In this document: in pieces, positions 51,375-63,977 of the stretch
How the letters are laid out: the number at the start of each line of letters is the position of its first letter
Position numbering within the stretch: the first letter of the stretch is position 1
DNA from: Pseudogymnoascus verrucosus
Lineage: Eukaryota
NCBI GenBank assembly: GCA_001662655.1
Contig: KV460285.1
Length of the DNA: 64,000 bases
Strand: one strand, 5' to 3'
Made by a program: the position numbers and the translations under genes
Notes under the pieces: model-generated
Database searches by the model: none
The model's input: the letters and a program-made list of their open reading frames with translations, nothing else
Told to the model about the DNA's origin: nothing

Positions 51375-51674
51375 TCTCGTCGCTTGGGAATAGGAGTAAC
51401 CTTTTAAGGACTGTATATGATTTGGTATATATCCGCAATCACATTTAAAACCTCGTGGTGACTTTGTGTGTGACGTAGTGACAGCTGAAAAATCATCGTG
51501 ACATGAATATCATTTGATTCTCATATCTTCTTCTATCATCTCAGATACCCCCCACTAGCCGAATCACCAGGCCCATTAAACTCCAACATATATATGCAGC
51601 AACGCTGATAAAAAACCGCTCCGAACTTGCATTAGCCATTAACTCCAAGATATTGTCTCTTTTACCTCATCCCA

Positions 51675-54600
51675 TCAAACTCCATTCATATCCACATCCG
51701 CCATCTCCGCCTCCTTCAGCTCCCTCTTCCGCTCTCCCAGCTCCCACTTCCACAGATCCTCAAATGCGGTAGGCTTCGTCTTCACATCAGTGTCCTTCAA
51801 CCCAAGTTTCCGGACAACCTTGAATGCGCCGGTGCCGACACTCATCGTCTGTCCCATAATGATACACTCCGAAACACCTTCAATAGAATCCTTCTTCATC
51901 CCCGCTGCCGCATCAAACAAGTGATCGGGCGTCTTCTCGAACGACGCAAGCTGCAGTACCGAATCTCTCATCTTGCTGAGACCAAAGCGCGTAATTCCCA
52001 AAATCTCACCCTTGTATGTCATCACATCAGCTAACAGCTGCATGTGACGCGGATCGATATTCATTTCGCTCATCACGCTCTCAATCTCATTAGCAATGGT
52101 GGTTCGCGCCGCTTCTATACCAAGGACTTGGTTGCATTCGACGACGCTGTTGGTTGTGACTCTAGTACCAATGACACCCTCGGTGGTCATACAGGCACGA
52201 AGACCGTAGCCTTCGACGTGGACGGTGTGCTCTCCCTTATCCTGCTGGATGATGGCTCGAGTGGCCTCTGGGTAGCCAGAGACGGGGATGGTAGGGATGG
52301 TGCGCTTCAGGTGGTTAACGCGGAGGAGAAGATCAGATGCTTCATCTGTCGACTTCTTGGCGGCGGCGCTGCGACCAAAGGTGCCAGTGTTGGAGCCGTG
52401 AGCAACACGAACGAAGATATCGTCGCCGATAATGTCGAGTGCGTCGTTAGGTATCTTCAGCTTTTTATTCCTCAGAATAGCATTCGCGATATCCGCTGTG
52501 GTGATATCAAGATGCATCTCGCTCACACCTTGAACATCCACTGACAAACAAATTGTTGCGCTCTTGGCTGACCACATATCCTCGACAAATCGTATGCAAT
52601 CTGAGATATAGGTCTTCTCGATACGGCCCTTAACGACGCGTGCTGCAACAATATCGTGTGGGTTTTCCAGGGGACACGTCATTACAGGCGTACTGATCAG
52701 CTTCGAAGCATTGATGATTTCCTTGATACGGGGCACACCCTGGGTGATACTCATACCAGCAACACCAGCAAAATGGAAAGTTCTCAGCGTCATCTGCGTT
52801 CCGGGTTCACCAATAGACTGGGCTCCAACAGCTCCGACGGCATGCCCTGGCTCAACGTGTGCCTTCAAATATTTCATCAGGCAGAGCTCAATGAACTTGG
52901 CCAATGTAGCCTCCGAAACCTTTGCAACTCGGTCCATTTGGTTTCGTCTTGTTTGGTCTTCAGTGGCGGGGTTATAGTGTGTATCGGAAAGGCTTGGGTT
53001 TTCTGCCAGTTCGGGCAAGCCAGCCCTTTTTCGTGCCTGAGAGAGCTTTTGTGCCAGCCTTCCAACGTATTTGCTTACTTCGCTAACAAAGCCTCGAGCA
53101 CTTTCTAGTTCATCAATTGCATAGTCGCTCTGGTCGTTGTACTCCAGTTTCTCGTTGTGAAGTAGGCCACGTCTCGTAAGCTTTGCTTTCTCCGGTTCGA
53201 GGAGTGCCGCGCATTGGGCCGTAATCTCGTATGGCAGGAGAGCAGCGTCGTTGTTATCCCACGTCAAACTCTCAGCATGCGTAAATGTTCGATCGAAATG
53301 CACAGGCACAGCGCTGCCTTCCATATCAACGGGATCAAGTTTATCAGCTCCAAACTGGAACTGAACGATGCCTCCAGACGAATTTCTAACGGTGTCGTCA
53401 TACTGTGTAGACAGATCTTCCAAAGATTTCATTAGACGTCTGGACATGTAACCAGTCTCAGCGGTCTTTACAGCAGTATCGACCAGACCTTCACGACCTG
53501 AAATAGCGTGAAAAAGAAACTCGGTAGGAGTGAGGCCGCCAAAAAAGCTATTGCGCACGAATCCTTTTGAGGGCGGTTGACGTGCATTTTTGGGGAAATG
53601 AGGCAGAGTACGGTCTTGGAATCCATCCGCAACTCTGGCTCCTGAAATCATTTGCTGACCGACAAGAGTGACCATTTGCGCGACGTTAATATTTGAGCCT
53701 TTCGATCCGGATTTGGCCATGATAAGTGGCGAGTTCCACTTGCTTAGTGTATTGATACAGAACTCTCCAGCTTGCTGTCTAACTCTGCTGAGAATACCAG
53801 AAATCTTATTCTCCAATGTTTCTTCCATGTTGCAGCCAGTTGCTTTCTCCAGCTTGCCTGACTTGAATTGGACAATGAGATCGTCACATTCGGCATACGC
53901 CTTTGTGACAAGAGCCAATTTCTGATCCTCAAGACTTTTGCTTGGATATACGTCACTGATGCCAATTGAGAAGCCCCGGTTAGTCAGATATCTTGCTGAC
54001 AGCTTCGCAAGTCGATTCATCGCCAAAACTGCATGATCGGGTCCGAAATCTCTCAGGATGGTATAAAATATGCAGTCTTTCTTTCCCGATCCAACGGTCG
54101 TCTTGTCCATTCTACCACACATAACCTCTGAGTTACGGACAACGAGCCATCCGTCGTTCGGATCCATATCCGGGGCCTGTCCAGCAACTGCTTTGTAATC
54201 TCGACACTTCGCATCAAGATTAACCTTGACAGGAGATGTTTTATTAGGGCGCATGAGAACACTGAAAACCTGTTTTCCCGTCCAGAGAGCTTCCGGTTTT
54301 ATGATAGCTGGGGGCGGAATATCAATATCCATTTTTCCGTCCACCATGTACATGCACAGATGTGCAAACGTTTTGCGGTCGAAGAAGTTCTCTTTGCTAC
54401 TGAGAAGGTACGCGGCCGTAATAAAATCTTGGGTGGCCGAAATAATAGGTTCTCCGTTTTTGGGCGTACACAAATTGTTCTTCACGCCCATCAGGTTGAT
54501 AGCTTCTGTTCTCGCCTCTTCCGTTTGCGGGACATGGATATTCATCTCATCACCGTCGAAATCTGCGTTGTAAGGGCCACAGACGCACTCGTTGAATCGA

Positions 54601-56221
54601 AAGGTTCTCCATGGTCGAACTTTGACGTAATGACTCATAATACTAAGTTTGTGTAGAGACGGTTGGCGGTTGAATAGAATAATATCTCCATCTTCCAGAT
54701 GCCTCTCGACAACGTCACCAACGCGGAGAGTGTTGGCCGTGTATTCCCGATCGGCATGCTTCAGTGAGACCTTCCGCCCATCCATCTTCTTTTCGACGAT
54801 GTTAGCTCCTGGCCATTTACCGGGTCCTCGCTTTATGCATTCCCTCAGCTTATGGATGTTCCTGTCATGAACTCGTTCCGGATATGTCATGTTGGTGGCC
54901 ACAAGAATTGGGATCGCAACTTCTTCAATGCTAAGGTTGGGATCCGGGGAGATAACGGTTCTCCCAGAAAAGTCAACACGCTTCCCCGAAAGGTTGCCTC
55001 TGAAGCGGCCTTGTTTGCCTTTTAACCTCTGGCAGAACCCACGAATAGCTTTTCCAAATCCCGGTTGCTGGAGACCTGGAACGTCGCTATTCACATACAT
55101 AGCAATTTGAAGTTGTAGATATTCCCACTGCTCCATAATTGTTTGGATGGGCTGTCCTTTTTGCAAGGCACTCCTGATCAGCGAGCTGATGTGAACAATA
55201 TCACCTAACTTCGATGTTAAATCGTCTTCGGTGCTGGCACCATCCTGGGCCACCGACGGCCGAATGCAAATTGGAGGAGCAGGCACATATTGCCACAGGA
55301 ACATTTCTGGCCTTCCCTCGGATGGATTGATTCCGAGCAACTCGCAGTCTGTTGGCGTGATCATCCTGAAGAGGTTCAGAACGCGAAGAGGGTTCAAGTC
55401 GTCCATTGCTTTCTTCAGGTGTTTATCCAATTCAGCATTGGTCTTCTTTGCCTCCACAAACGACTTGTCAAAGGCAGCCTTCTCTGGGGGGATAACTTTC
55501 TTCGCCGCTGTAGATTTGTTGTAGGCCAAAAATTTGTCGTGCGTAAGCTTGAATACACCGGTTTTCCGAATCTGACCGTTGACTGCGCTACAGTATGGGC
55601 AAGTCTTCGCCTTCCGGCATTGGGCGTTGATCTTTTTACAGATTTGAGTGCGCTTCAAATTGTCGATATTGGGTCGTCGTAGCTCTTTGAGGAATTGTCG
55701 GCGCTCAGTCTCGGTGAGCAACACTCGGGCGCAGTCCTTGCAGATCTCTTGTAGAATAGCTATCACAAGCTTCAAGTAGCCGATATGAAACGCCGGGAGG
55801 GCCAATCTGACGTGACCGAAGTGGCCGTTGCAATTATTCAGTCCTTCGCCGCAAGTTTCACATCGTCCCGTCTTGCTTGAGGTACCCTAGAAGCGACGTC
55901 AGTGTTGCAGTTATGATCAGAGAGTTGATATACGACTCACCAGCCTAGGATCTACGGCTCCATTCGGGACGGGTTTGCGATTCTTCTCGACATCGTAGAG
56001 CATGCGATCAGAGACCTCTAGAACTCCTTGGTTTACAATATCGCGTGTGGACCTAAGTAGTCAGTTTGAGCACGAATATACAAAAACAGCAGTCGCATTA
56101 TCACTTACTGGACTCCAAATTTAAGCTCTTTAAAGCGCTTGGGGATCTTATCCACAACCTGCTCTTTGACTGCAGGGCCACTCGAGCGAACAGGCTCGAT
56201 GCCAGAAGAGGTGAGCTGCAT
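51675..56221 (-). CDS. RPC1: DNA-directed RNA polymerase III largest subunit (C160)
   Basis: Exons 56221-56109, 56052-55941, 55886-51675. CETC/CNGHFGH zinc site, RLKGKQGRFRGNLSGKRVDFSGR, NRQPSLH, catalytic NADFDGDEMN. Pol III-type GITRFGLSKMRDSVLQLASFEKT; no CTD heptads. Confidence 0.97.
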
Positions 56222-56841
56222 CGTGACGCCGTGCTACCTTCTGTAATTCATGGGTATATTGTCGCAAGACTGTATAATTATGCTTCAATAAACAGAAAGT
56301 ACTGTAAGAATGGGGCGATTGCAAATGGTTGGAGTCACAACGAGGCATTTGGCGTAAATTTCCATGAGCACTAGTCGATGGTGGGGCACGACTCTATCAT
56401 CTAATCTAATCTGATTGCGAAGGATCATCCGCAATGTATCTTTTTGGTCAAAACTGCACGAGCAGTACAGCATGTAAACTCCGGGTCAATTTGCATTCTC
56501 ATACTGATAATATACACCGAACAATTCTAGTAAATACAGTTGATTGCTTAGAACTAGGGAGATATTTGGTCTGTCTCAGCTGTTCGAGTTTGCTCGTAAT
56601 TACTCACATTGACTGAACTCAAGTACGGAGTACGGAGTAGAGTATTTCCGCAAATATGGCAGTATTATACACTAGTCTTCATTTATTTCAATTCACACCG
56701 CCTTGCGCCTCCGTCGGTGACAATTTTGAAGCTCTAAATTGAAAGGGACTAGCTACATACCAAATTGCTGTTAATCTCAGGGCAGAACCACTCACCAATT
56801 CCTCCATCTTCTTGGTTGTTTGCATGTCATGACTGTAGGAC

Positions 56842-59415
56842 ATGGTACCTGGCAGCCGTAGCATTTCGATATGCAAGGCAGCCGTGTCTAGATGTTCGCC
56901 AACGCTCCATCGCGACATTCGCGAGCCATTGCTTTTTCTATACCCGACGTGGGCACGAGGATTTAGTTCAAGCGCTGCAGAGGTTCTCCGCAATGAGCAA
57001 TCGACCCTCCATTCTCGACTGGCACCTGAATCACAGCAAGCATGTTCGTCGTCAGCGGCCTCTTTTGATACCCGCGCCCTTGATACCCGCCCGGTGGCGC
57101 CGAGCTCGTCCAGTCAGGAGTATGAATCGATTTCAAAAGCACGGGGAGCACAGCAATATGCTCACGCGACGAGCAATAAGGACACTTGCAACAATAAGGG
57201 GCCTCGAGGCGGCTTGTCCCCGAACGGCCGTAGAAGCAACCAGAAAAACCCTCGTCCTCGGCGTTTGCAGATACAGCGGGTGGTGAGCGTTAACGACGCC
57301 CTTGACATTCGCCTACGTCGGGTGAAGATTGAGGAAGGTGATACGATGCCAAAGGCTCGCAAGTTCCGTGCTAAGTCCAGCAAATACCCAACTACCAGCG
57401 AGCAACAAGGCGATACAGGGGCTACCATGATGCGAAATATTGTTAAAGCATATCCGCGCCCAATTATAAAGGGGGACTCGTTCAGAAAAGTTCCATATGG
57501 ACAGAAGGTGCGGATGATATTATCGACGACAGAACGTGCCGAAATGAGGTGGTGGTATCAAGACGAAGTACGCAGATTGCAGCACGAAAATATGAACGAG
57601 GATAGAGGTTTTCCCCAAAAGGGTCCTCCAGAAGTACTCAAGACTCTTATTCGTTACACTCCGAAACGAGTTGAGAACACTCTTCTTAGAATTTCAGTCC
57701 CCGACAACGCTGTTGACTCATTGCTCGTTGGGCCTGGTAACAATATAATTGATATCAAGAACCTGACGGGTTGCGATATCGAACTTCTCGAAGCTGAAGA
57801 GGGCAAATCTACTCGGTCATTACTATTGTCAGGGCCGCCGATATGCATCTCAGCGGCAGCAGCACACATTTTCCGAATCGTCCCGGCGGCAGTTTCCAAC
57901 TCGACAAATAGAGCTTTTACGTTTTCCCAATACAACACCCGGTCATCAACTACAGGCGTAGCCCAGACCACAGATGCAAGAGGCTCGGCACATATTACAA
58001 CGCAGTATTACCTTGCATCCAGTAAGGTTGACGATATACCGAGGAGGGCAGACAGCATACCTAAGCCTAAGAGACTGACGGAAAAGTCCCTCGAATTATA
58101 CATACGATCATTAACGGGAATCAAGATGACGAGTCCGCTTCATAAGATGCTCTACAGGAAAAACGAAGACCATGTAGAAATCGTGGCCGAACGGTTGCTA
58201 GAGGTGTTTGCCTATGACGAGTGTATGGATGTGATGACGATCACTGCCTTGAACGAAGCAGTGTCATTTCTTGCAAAGTATGGTAGGGTCGCTGCGACCC
58301 GGGAGATATTCGACAAGGCGCGTAGGGTCAGATTTCCATTGACACCCGAAACCTACAACATCCTTCTACGAGGCTGTGCGAAGACCCAGAATATCAATAC
58401 TTTCGCCGCTTTATTGGGGGTAATGATACATAGTGGCTATCGCCCCAATTCTGGAACTTGGAGGGCGTTTATGATGGTATTGCGAAACCCCAAAGCCATT
58501 TTGCATGTCTACGAAGCAATGCAAGGCCGAGGGCTTTTCCACGAGGAAGGGCTCTTGAGCGACGTCTGCGAGCTCTTGCTACCCCACGAAATGACTTTTT
58601 GTCTGAACAAAAATCAGCTCGTTGCCCCTTTCATCGAACACATGTCATCACGTTATGGAGATGGATGGCTCTCGGTGTCGGGGGCTAACAAAGTTTTGGA
58701 AGAACTGGGCAAGCGTGGTCTCCTCTCGGAGTGTTGGTCTCTCGTCGACTACATGGTCGAGCAGAATATCCTGCCTAATGCTGTGACTATCAACACCATC
58801 TTCACACACTCAACGGATGCGAGAGACTTTCGAAACAACATCAGAGCTTTAGATCGCGTCTCTGAGCAGGCCAGGTTTCGACCCGACGGAACGACGTACG
58901 AGATCCTTTTCAAACTCGCCTGGCGCTGGCGCCTTTACAGTACCGCACGTGTTATTTGGCAACGCGCCTGCCTAGATGCATGCGCTAGGTTCGAGATGCG
59001 ACAACGGGTTTCTACTAGCCTTCAATCTACATTCATGTTCCAAAGCACAGCCCTTCCGTCTCTTCCTGGCCCATCCGCTCCGGCTGACAGCGTGTGGGAT
59101 CTGACGGCTGGAGTTTTTGTCGTTAGGGAAATCTGCCCACCAGCTCCCAAGGATGAGAGTCAAACCCCTGACGAATCGTCTCTAAGTCAATGGAAAGCCT
59201 TTCACCACGCAGTTGAAACTGTCAAGTCAGAACTGTTGATTTTTAAGGAGTGGCGCGCTGTTGGGTCCCTCACGAAATTACTGGTTGCCGCGGTCAAGAC
59301 AGATGAAACTGTTTCGAAGCAAATGGACAACAATTTCGAAAAGGGAATGGAGCATTTGTTGCAATATGCACCGGTTGTTAGAATAAAGCGAAGGTTCTGG
59401 CGTGACGACGAATAG
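56842..59415 (+). CDS. Mitochondrial pentatricopeptide-repeat protein with a KH-like segment
   Basis: 857 aa. PPR-like units TPETYNILLRGCAK, PNSGTWRAFM, PNAVTINTIF, PDGTTYEILF. KH-like ISVPDNAVDSLLVGPGNNIIDIKNLTGCDI. Basic N-terminus. Confidence 0.78.
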   Translation: MVPGSRSISICKAAVSRCSPTLHRDIREPLLFLYPTWARGFSSSAAEVLRNEQSTLHSRLAPESQQACSSSAASFDTRALDTRPVAPSSSSQEYESISKARGAQQYAHATSNKDTCNNKGPRGGLSPNGRRSNQKNPRPRRLQIQRVVSVNDALDIRLRRVKIEEGDTMPKARKFRAKSSKYPTTSEQQGDTGATMMRNIVKAYPRPIIKGDSFRKVPYGQKVRMILSTTERAEMRWWYQDEVRRLQHENMNEDRGFPQKGPPEVLKTLIRYTPKRVENTLLRISVPDNAVDSLLVGPGNNIIDIKNLTGCDIELLEAEEGKSTRSLLLSGPPICISAAAAHIFRIVPAAVSNSTNRAFTFSQYNTRSSTTGVAQTTDARGSAHITTQYYLASSKVDDIPRRADSIPKPKRLTEKSLELYIRSLTGIKMTSPLHKMLYRKNEDHVEIVAERLLEVFAYDECMDVMTITALNEAVSFLAKYGRVAATREIFDKARRVRFPLTPETYNILLRGCAKTQNINTFAALLGVMIHSGYRPNSGTWRAFMMVLRNPKAILHVYEAMQGRGLFHEEGLLSDVCELLLPHEMTFCLNKNQLVAPFIEHMSSRYGDGWLSVSGANKVLEELGKRGLLSECWSLVDYMVEQNILPNAVTINTIFTHSTDARDFRNNIRALDRVSEQARFRPDGTTYEILFKLAWRWRLYSTARVIWQRACLDACARFEMRQRVSTSLQSTFMFQSTALPSLPGPSAPADSVWDLTAGVFVVREICPPAPKDESQTPDESSLSQWKAFHHAVETVKSELLIFKEWRAVGSLTKLLVAAVKTDETVSKQMDNNFEKGMEHLLQYAPVVRIKRRFWRDDE

Positions 59416-59793
59416 TCGCGTCGCTTGAAGTGGGAATTAGGAACGAACTGTATAAAAATATTAGAGGCTTAGAGCCATCGTTGTAACTAGAAATTATGTA
59501 TAGTAGATATATGTACAATACTACACTCTTGTAATATAAACAATGCGCTTCACAGGAAGAGCAAAAATATTTCTCATGAAGCTAAAGTGTGAAGCTAAAG
59601 TGTGCTGGTCCCCATATCAACCCTCGGTATCAACCCTCAGCCGTGCACGGTCCTACTTCGGACTTTTGGGCGGCATGAGTAATGGACCGTTCCTAACCGG
59701 CACCATCATCAATTGGTGACTGCTGTAAACCCCACCACAAGGCTGTAGAGACAACGCATTTCTCTACACCTTCCTATACAGGTTCTTCCTCCA

Positions 59794-61489
59794 ATGTCAA
59801 GACTTCTGGCGCGAAACATCTTCAAGCAAACTAATGCCCGCTTGAGTACATTTACAACCTCTACGATCTGCCACAGTTCCTCTATATATCCTCTCCGATC
59901 TATTATCCCAAGACCTCTTCAAAGCAAAACTCCATCCATACGCTCGTACTCATCTCAGCTCTTGACAGCAGAACAACGCCGCGAGCACCAAGCGCAGAAA
60001 ATGGCCCCACAACTGGACGCATTCTTCAAGGAGGTCGACGCCCAAGCCGACCACTTCATCGAGCGCCTTCGCCAGGCAGTCGCCATCCCCTCTATCTCAG
60101 CTGAGGACGAGCGTCGCCCAGATGTTGTGCGCATGGGAGAATGGCTCGGGAAGGAGCTCGAGGCATTAGGCGCTCACGTTGAGCTGAGGCCCTTGGGCCC
60201 CCAGCCACACAAGGAGCACTTGATGCTTCCTCCTGTGGTTGTTGCCAGATACGGAAACGACAAGGCGAAGCGTACGATCCTCGTTTACGGACATTACGAC
60301 GTCCAGCCAGCTGCGAAGGAGGACGGATGGGCGACGGAGCCCTTCGAGCTCACCGTCGATGATAAGGGACGCATGTTTGGTCGTGGCAGCACTGATGACA
60401 AGGGCCCAGTTTTGGGATGGCTCAACGCTATCGAGGCTCACCAGAAGGCTGGGATTGACTTTCCCGTCAACTTGCTGATGTGCTTCGAGGGCATGGAGGA
60501 ATACGGCTCTGAGGGTCTTGATGATTTCATCAAGGAGGAGGCTGGAAAATTCTTCAAGGATACCGATGCCGTGTGTATCTCTGATAACTACTGGCTCGGC
60601 ACCGAGAAGCCCTGCCTCACCTATGGTCTCCGCGGCTGCAACTACTATTCTATTGAAATTTCCGGCCCCGGTCAGGATCTTCACAGCGGAGTCTTCGGTG
60701 GTTCCGCACAGGAGCCTATGACCGACCTTGTCCGCGTCCTCGGCTCTCTGGTCGACACCGACGGCAAGATCCAGATTCCTGGTCTGGCCGACCTCGTTGC
60801 CCCCGTCACCGAGGAAGAGAAGGGTCTGTACAAGGACATTGCTTTCACTATGGACAACCTCCACGAGTCCCTCGGCTCGAAGACCACGATCTTCGAGGAT
60901 AAGGAGAGCACACTCATGGCTCGCTGGCGCTTCCCCTCTCTCTCCATCCACGGCATCGAGGGAGCTTTCTCGCAGCCCGGCGCCAAGACCGTCATTCCCG
61001 CCAAGGTTATTGGCAAATTCTCCATCCGCACTGTGCCCAACATGGAGAGCGAGGACGTCACCCGCCTGGTTAAGGAGTACGTTACCGACGTTTTCGCCAA
61101 GCTGAAGTCTAAGAACACGCTCGACGTCAGCCTAATGCACGACGGCAAGTGGTGGGTCGCGAGCCCCAAGCACTGGAACTTCAGCGCCGCCGCCAAGGCA
61201 GCGGAGCGCGTATGGGGCGTCGCGCCGGATTTGACCAGAGAAGGTGGAAGGTATGCTTCTGACCCCACAGAACCCACGCTAACTTGGCGTTTTGCTAACA
61301 GGTTGCAGTATCCCCGTCACGTTGACGTTTGAGGAGGCAACCGGCAAGAATGTTCTGTTGTTACCAATGGGCAGCAGCACGGATATGGCGCACAGCACTA
61401 ACGAGAAGCTCGACAAGAGCAACTACCTTGAGGGTATCAAGACCCTGGGCGCTTACCTGCATTACGCGGCTGAGGAGCCGATGGTTTAA
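59794..61489 (+). CDS. DUG1: Cys-Gly metallodipeptidase (M20; CNDP2-like)
   Basis: [32 protein letters not shown]. Intron 61251-61308 restores [17 protein letters not shown]. Conserved start at 60001, with an upstream in-frame ATG at 59794. Confidence 0.95.
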
Positions 61490-62006
61490 ATGGGTGCGGT
61501 GTTGGGATGGAAGCAGCCGAGAATTATGGTGTCAGCGCCACTAATAGAGGAGCATCCGTAGCTCAGTGAAGCTTAAATTGGGGATACAATGGTAGCCACT
61601 TATAGCTTATTATAGTAACCCTTTCGGCTATCTTGGGATATCCATCACTTCAGTTCCTGGATGAATGGTATGGCTCATCATATGCTGTAAAATAGTAAAT
61701 CAAGTGTATATCAGAGCTCTCTTGTAGTAGTTGTTTAATATCTTGAACGTCAGGTATGGCTTTTATGATTAGGGTGGAACGATATAGCTTGAAATATGAT
61801 CGAGGTAATTTATTAATCTATATATATTTTTGCCTGATTTAATCGAAGAAATATATTTCACATACAGATCATAATTATAATCTACCGTATTATTTTTAGG
61901 AACGAATATTTGTTCTAAGAATTATATTTTCGACTCTAAAGATATTTATAGCAATATTCCGCACACATGCATATTAACATTTACATTTGCCTCGCGTCAT
62001 AACTAA

Positions 62007-63977
62007 TTACTTCTTCTCCGCAAAATCCTTCGACACCATTGCATTGCAGATGGGATGGTAGAAGCCCTTGTTTGCCTCATAAGTCTTGAGGGCCAACTCC
62101 CTATCTGCCGATGCAAACTTCCTGTACAACGGGCGCACAAACTTCATGCGTCCAACGCGTCCTAGCAATTCAGCGGTTGGCGCGTACGCGTTCTCATCCT
62201 TGGCCAGAAGCCCGAGCTGCAGGAACCTGGCGGAGAGCTCGACGTTTCGCGTCTTGAACAGCGAATACGTGTTGCCCAATAGAGTAGTCTGGCTGGGGAG
62301 AAGCGGGGACCTGGAGAAAGAAGTAAGAAGCGACTCGAGGAAGACGACAGTCTGGTTTGCGGAGAAGCCCTCGATATCCTCGGGCGAGGGCTTGAAGTTT
62401 GTCGATGCAGTCCAGCGGTCAGCCAGAGCGTAGGCCTTGTCCACCAAGCTTGTGTCAAACTCTGGCTTTGGTGGCATCCCTGGCTTGTAAAACCACGCAT
62501 CCCAATCAATTTCCTTCACCTTCTCCGCCGCTTGGGCATCGCCAGAAAAGAAGTTGATAAGAGTATCTTTAAACTCAAATGAGTCCAGAGACTTCTGGGC
62601 CCACGTATTAAAGTAGTGAGGGATAAATTGATCGAACTTGTCCTTTCCTACTAGCTTCTCGATATAATAGAGGAAGTGGAAGCCCTTCTCGTAGGGAATG
62701 GTGCTAAATGCATCATCGGGGTCAAGGCCCTTCAAGTCCGGCACAAGCTTTGTGTAGTCATGCTCGCTTCCAAAGAGATTAACTGCATCCTCCAGAGCCT
62801 TCCAGCCGATGATAGCTGAAAAGTCGCGGTACGATTCCCCATGCACTGCAGCCTGGAGCCGGCGCTCCAAGTACGTCGTCCATCCCTCGTTGAGCCAGAA
62901 GTGCTCCCACGCTGCTGCTGACACGAGATTTCCGCTCCAGCTGTGGCTAAGCTCGTGAGCAATCACGTCAACATTCTCGCGATCGCCACTGATAAGAGTG
63001 GGCGTTGCGAACGTGTAGACTGGGTTTTCCATACCACCATATGGGAAGCTAGCGGGGAGTACCAGGACATTGTATTGACCCCAGACATACGGAGAGATGA
63101 GTTTCTCGGCGATTTGAATGAAGTTCTCAGTATCCTTCTCTAACTCCCACTTTGATGCCTCGAGCTCCTTGGGGGAGGCGGCTACGGTGCTCCGCGGTCC
63201 GATTTGAGCTGTTGCGATATCTCCAGATGCGAGAGCAAAGAGATATGCGGTCATGGGAATGTTCTGCTTGAAGTGATAAAGCTTCGCTCCGGTCTTGGAC
63301 TTGAAGTCAACGCCTTGCTCTCCCTCAACGGGGACTCCGCTGGCAATCACGGGAAGAGTTGAGTGGATGAGGAAATCGTAGGTTGATTTCACATCTGGTG
63401 TGTCTTGGCAGGGAAACATGCTCCTTGCGTGGATGGCTTGACACTGAGAGAACATATATGGCGTGTCGCTCTTGGTTTGGGCAGGTGTGAGCCATTGCAA
63501 AGCTGTACACTTGTCGGTCGTTGAGACCTCCATTGCAAGCTCTACCACCTGGCCTTTGGACTCTCCACCTTGGATCTCAATGATCAAGGCAGAGCCAAGT
63601 GGCCCCATCCTCGGAGCAACTGACCAGCTTCCGGACTCTGCGAGTTGGCCATTGACGGTGATAGAGGTTACGTCAACGTAGCTAGTGTCAAGGATAATAG
63701 CCTTGGACTCCTTCTCAGTCAACGACTCGAGTTGCAGCGTCACTGTTCCATCGAGCTTCTGGTTCTTAAAGTCAATGAAGAGATCAGCAATGGTATGCTT
63801 CGTCGTCCAGCAGTCATAGTTGGACAGAGTGCATTGGTCACGGCGAGTCTTGCTCGCGATTTCAGTAGTAGCCATTCTTCTGATTTGGGTCTTTGGAAAT
63901 GGGGCTCGAGCAGCTGTAACCGAAATTCTAGTTGGCAATGAGGCTAGAGATCTCGTCAGGGATATCAAAAGCTTCAT
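62007..63977 (-). CDS. LAP2: Leukotriene A4 hydrolase / M1 leucine aminopeptidase
   Basis: FSQCQAIHARS, PCQDTP, GGMEN, HELSH...NE zinc motif, PYEKG, GRMKFVRPLY. The frame stays open to the window edge upstream of 63977. Confidence 0.95.
   Translation of the reverse strand: MKLLISLTRSLASLPTRISVTAARAPFPKTQIRRMATTEIASKTRRDQCTLSNYDCWTTKHTIADLFIDFKNQKLDGTVTLQLESLTEKESKAIILDTSYVDVTSITVNGQLAESGSWSVAPRMGPLGSALIIEIQGGESKGQVVELAMEVSTTDKCTALQWLTPAQTKSDTPYMFSQCQAIHARSMFPCQDTPDVKSTYDFLIHSTLPVIASGVPVEGEQGVDFKSKTGAKLYHFKQNIPMTAYLFALASGDIATAQIGPRSTVAASPKELEASKWELEKDTENFIQIAEKLISPYVWGQYNVLVLPASFPYGGMENPVYTFATPTLISGDRENVDVIAHELSHSWSGNLVSAAAWEHFWLNEGWTTYLERRLQAAVHGESYRDFSAIIGWKALEDAVNLFGSEHDYTKLVPDLKGLDPDDAFSTIPYEKGFHFLYYIEKLVGKDKFDQFIPHYFNTWAQKSLDSFEFKDTLINFFSGDAQAAEKVKEIDWDAWFYKPGMPPKPEFDTSLVDKAYALADRWTASTNFKPSPEDIEGFSANQTVVFLESLLTSFSRSPLLPSQTTLLGNTYSLFKTRNVELSARFLQLGLLAKDENAYAPTAELLGRVGRMKFVRPLYRKFASADRELALKTYEANKGFYHPICNAMVSKDFAEKK

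Noticed and set aside
59578..59640. Two 13-bp tandem duplications upstream of DUG1
   Set aside because: Two-copy slippage events with no evidence of function.
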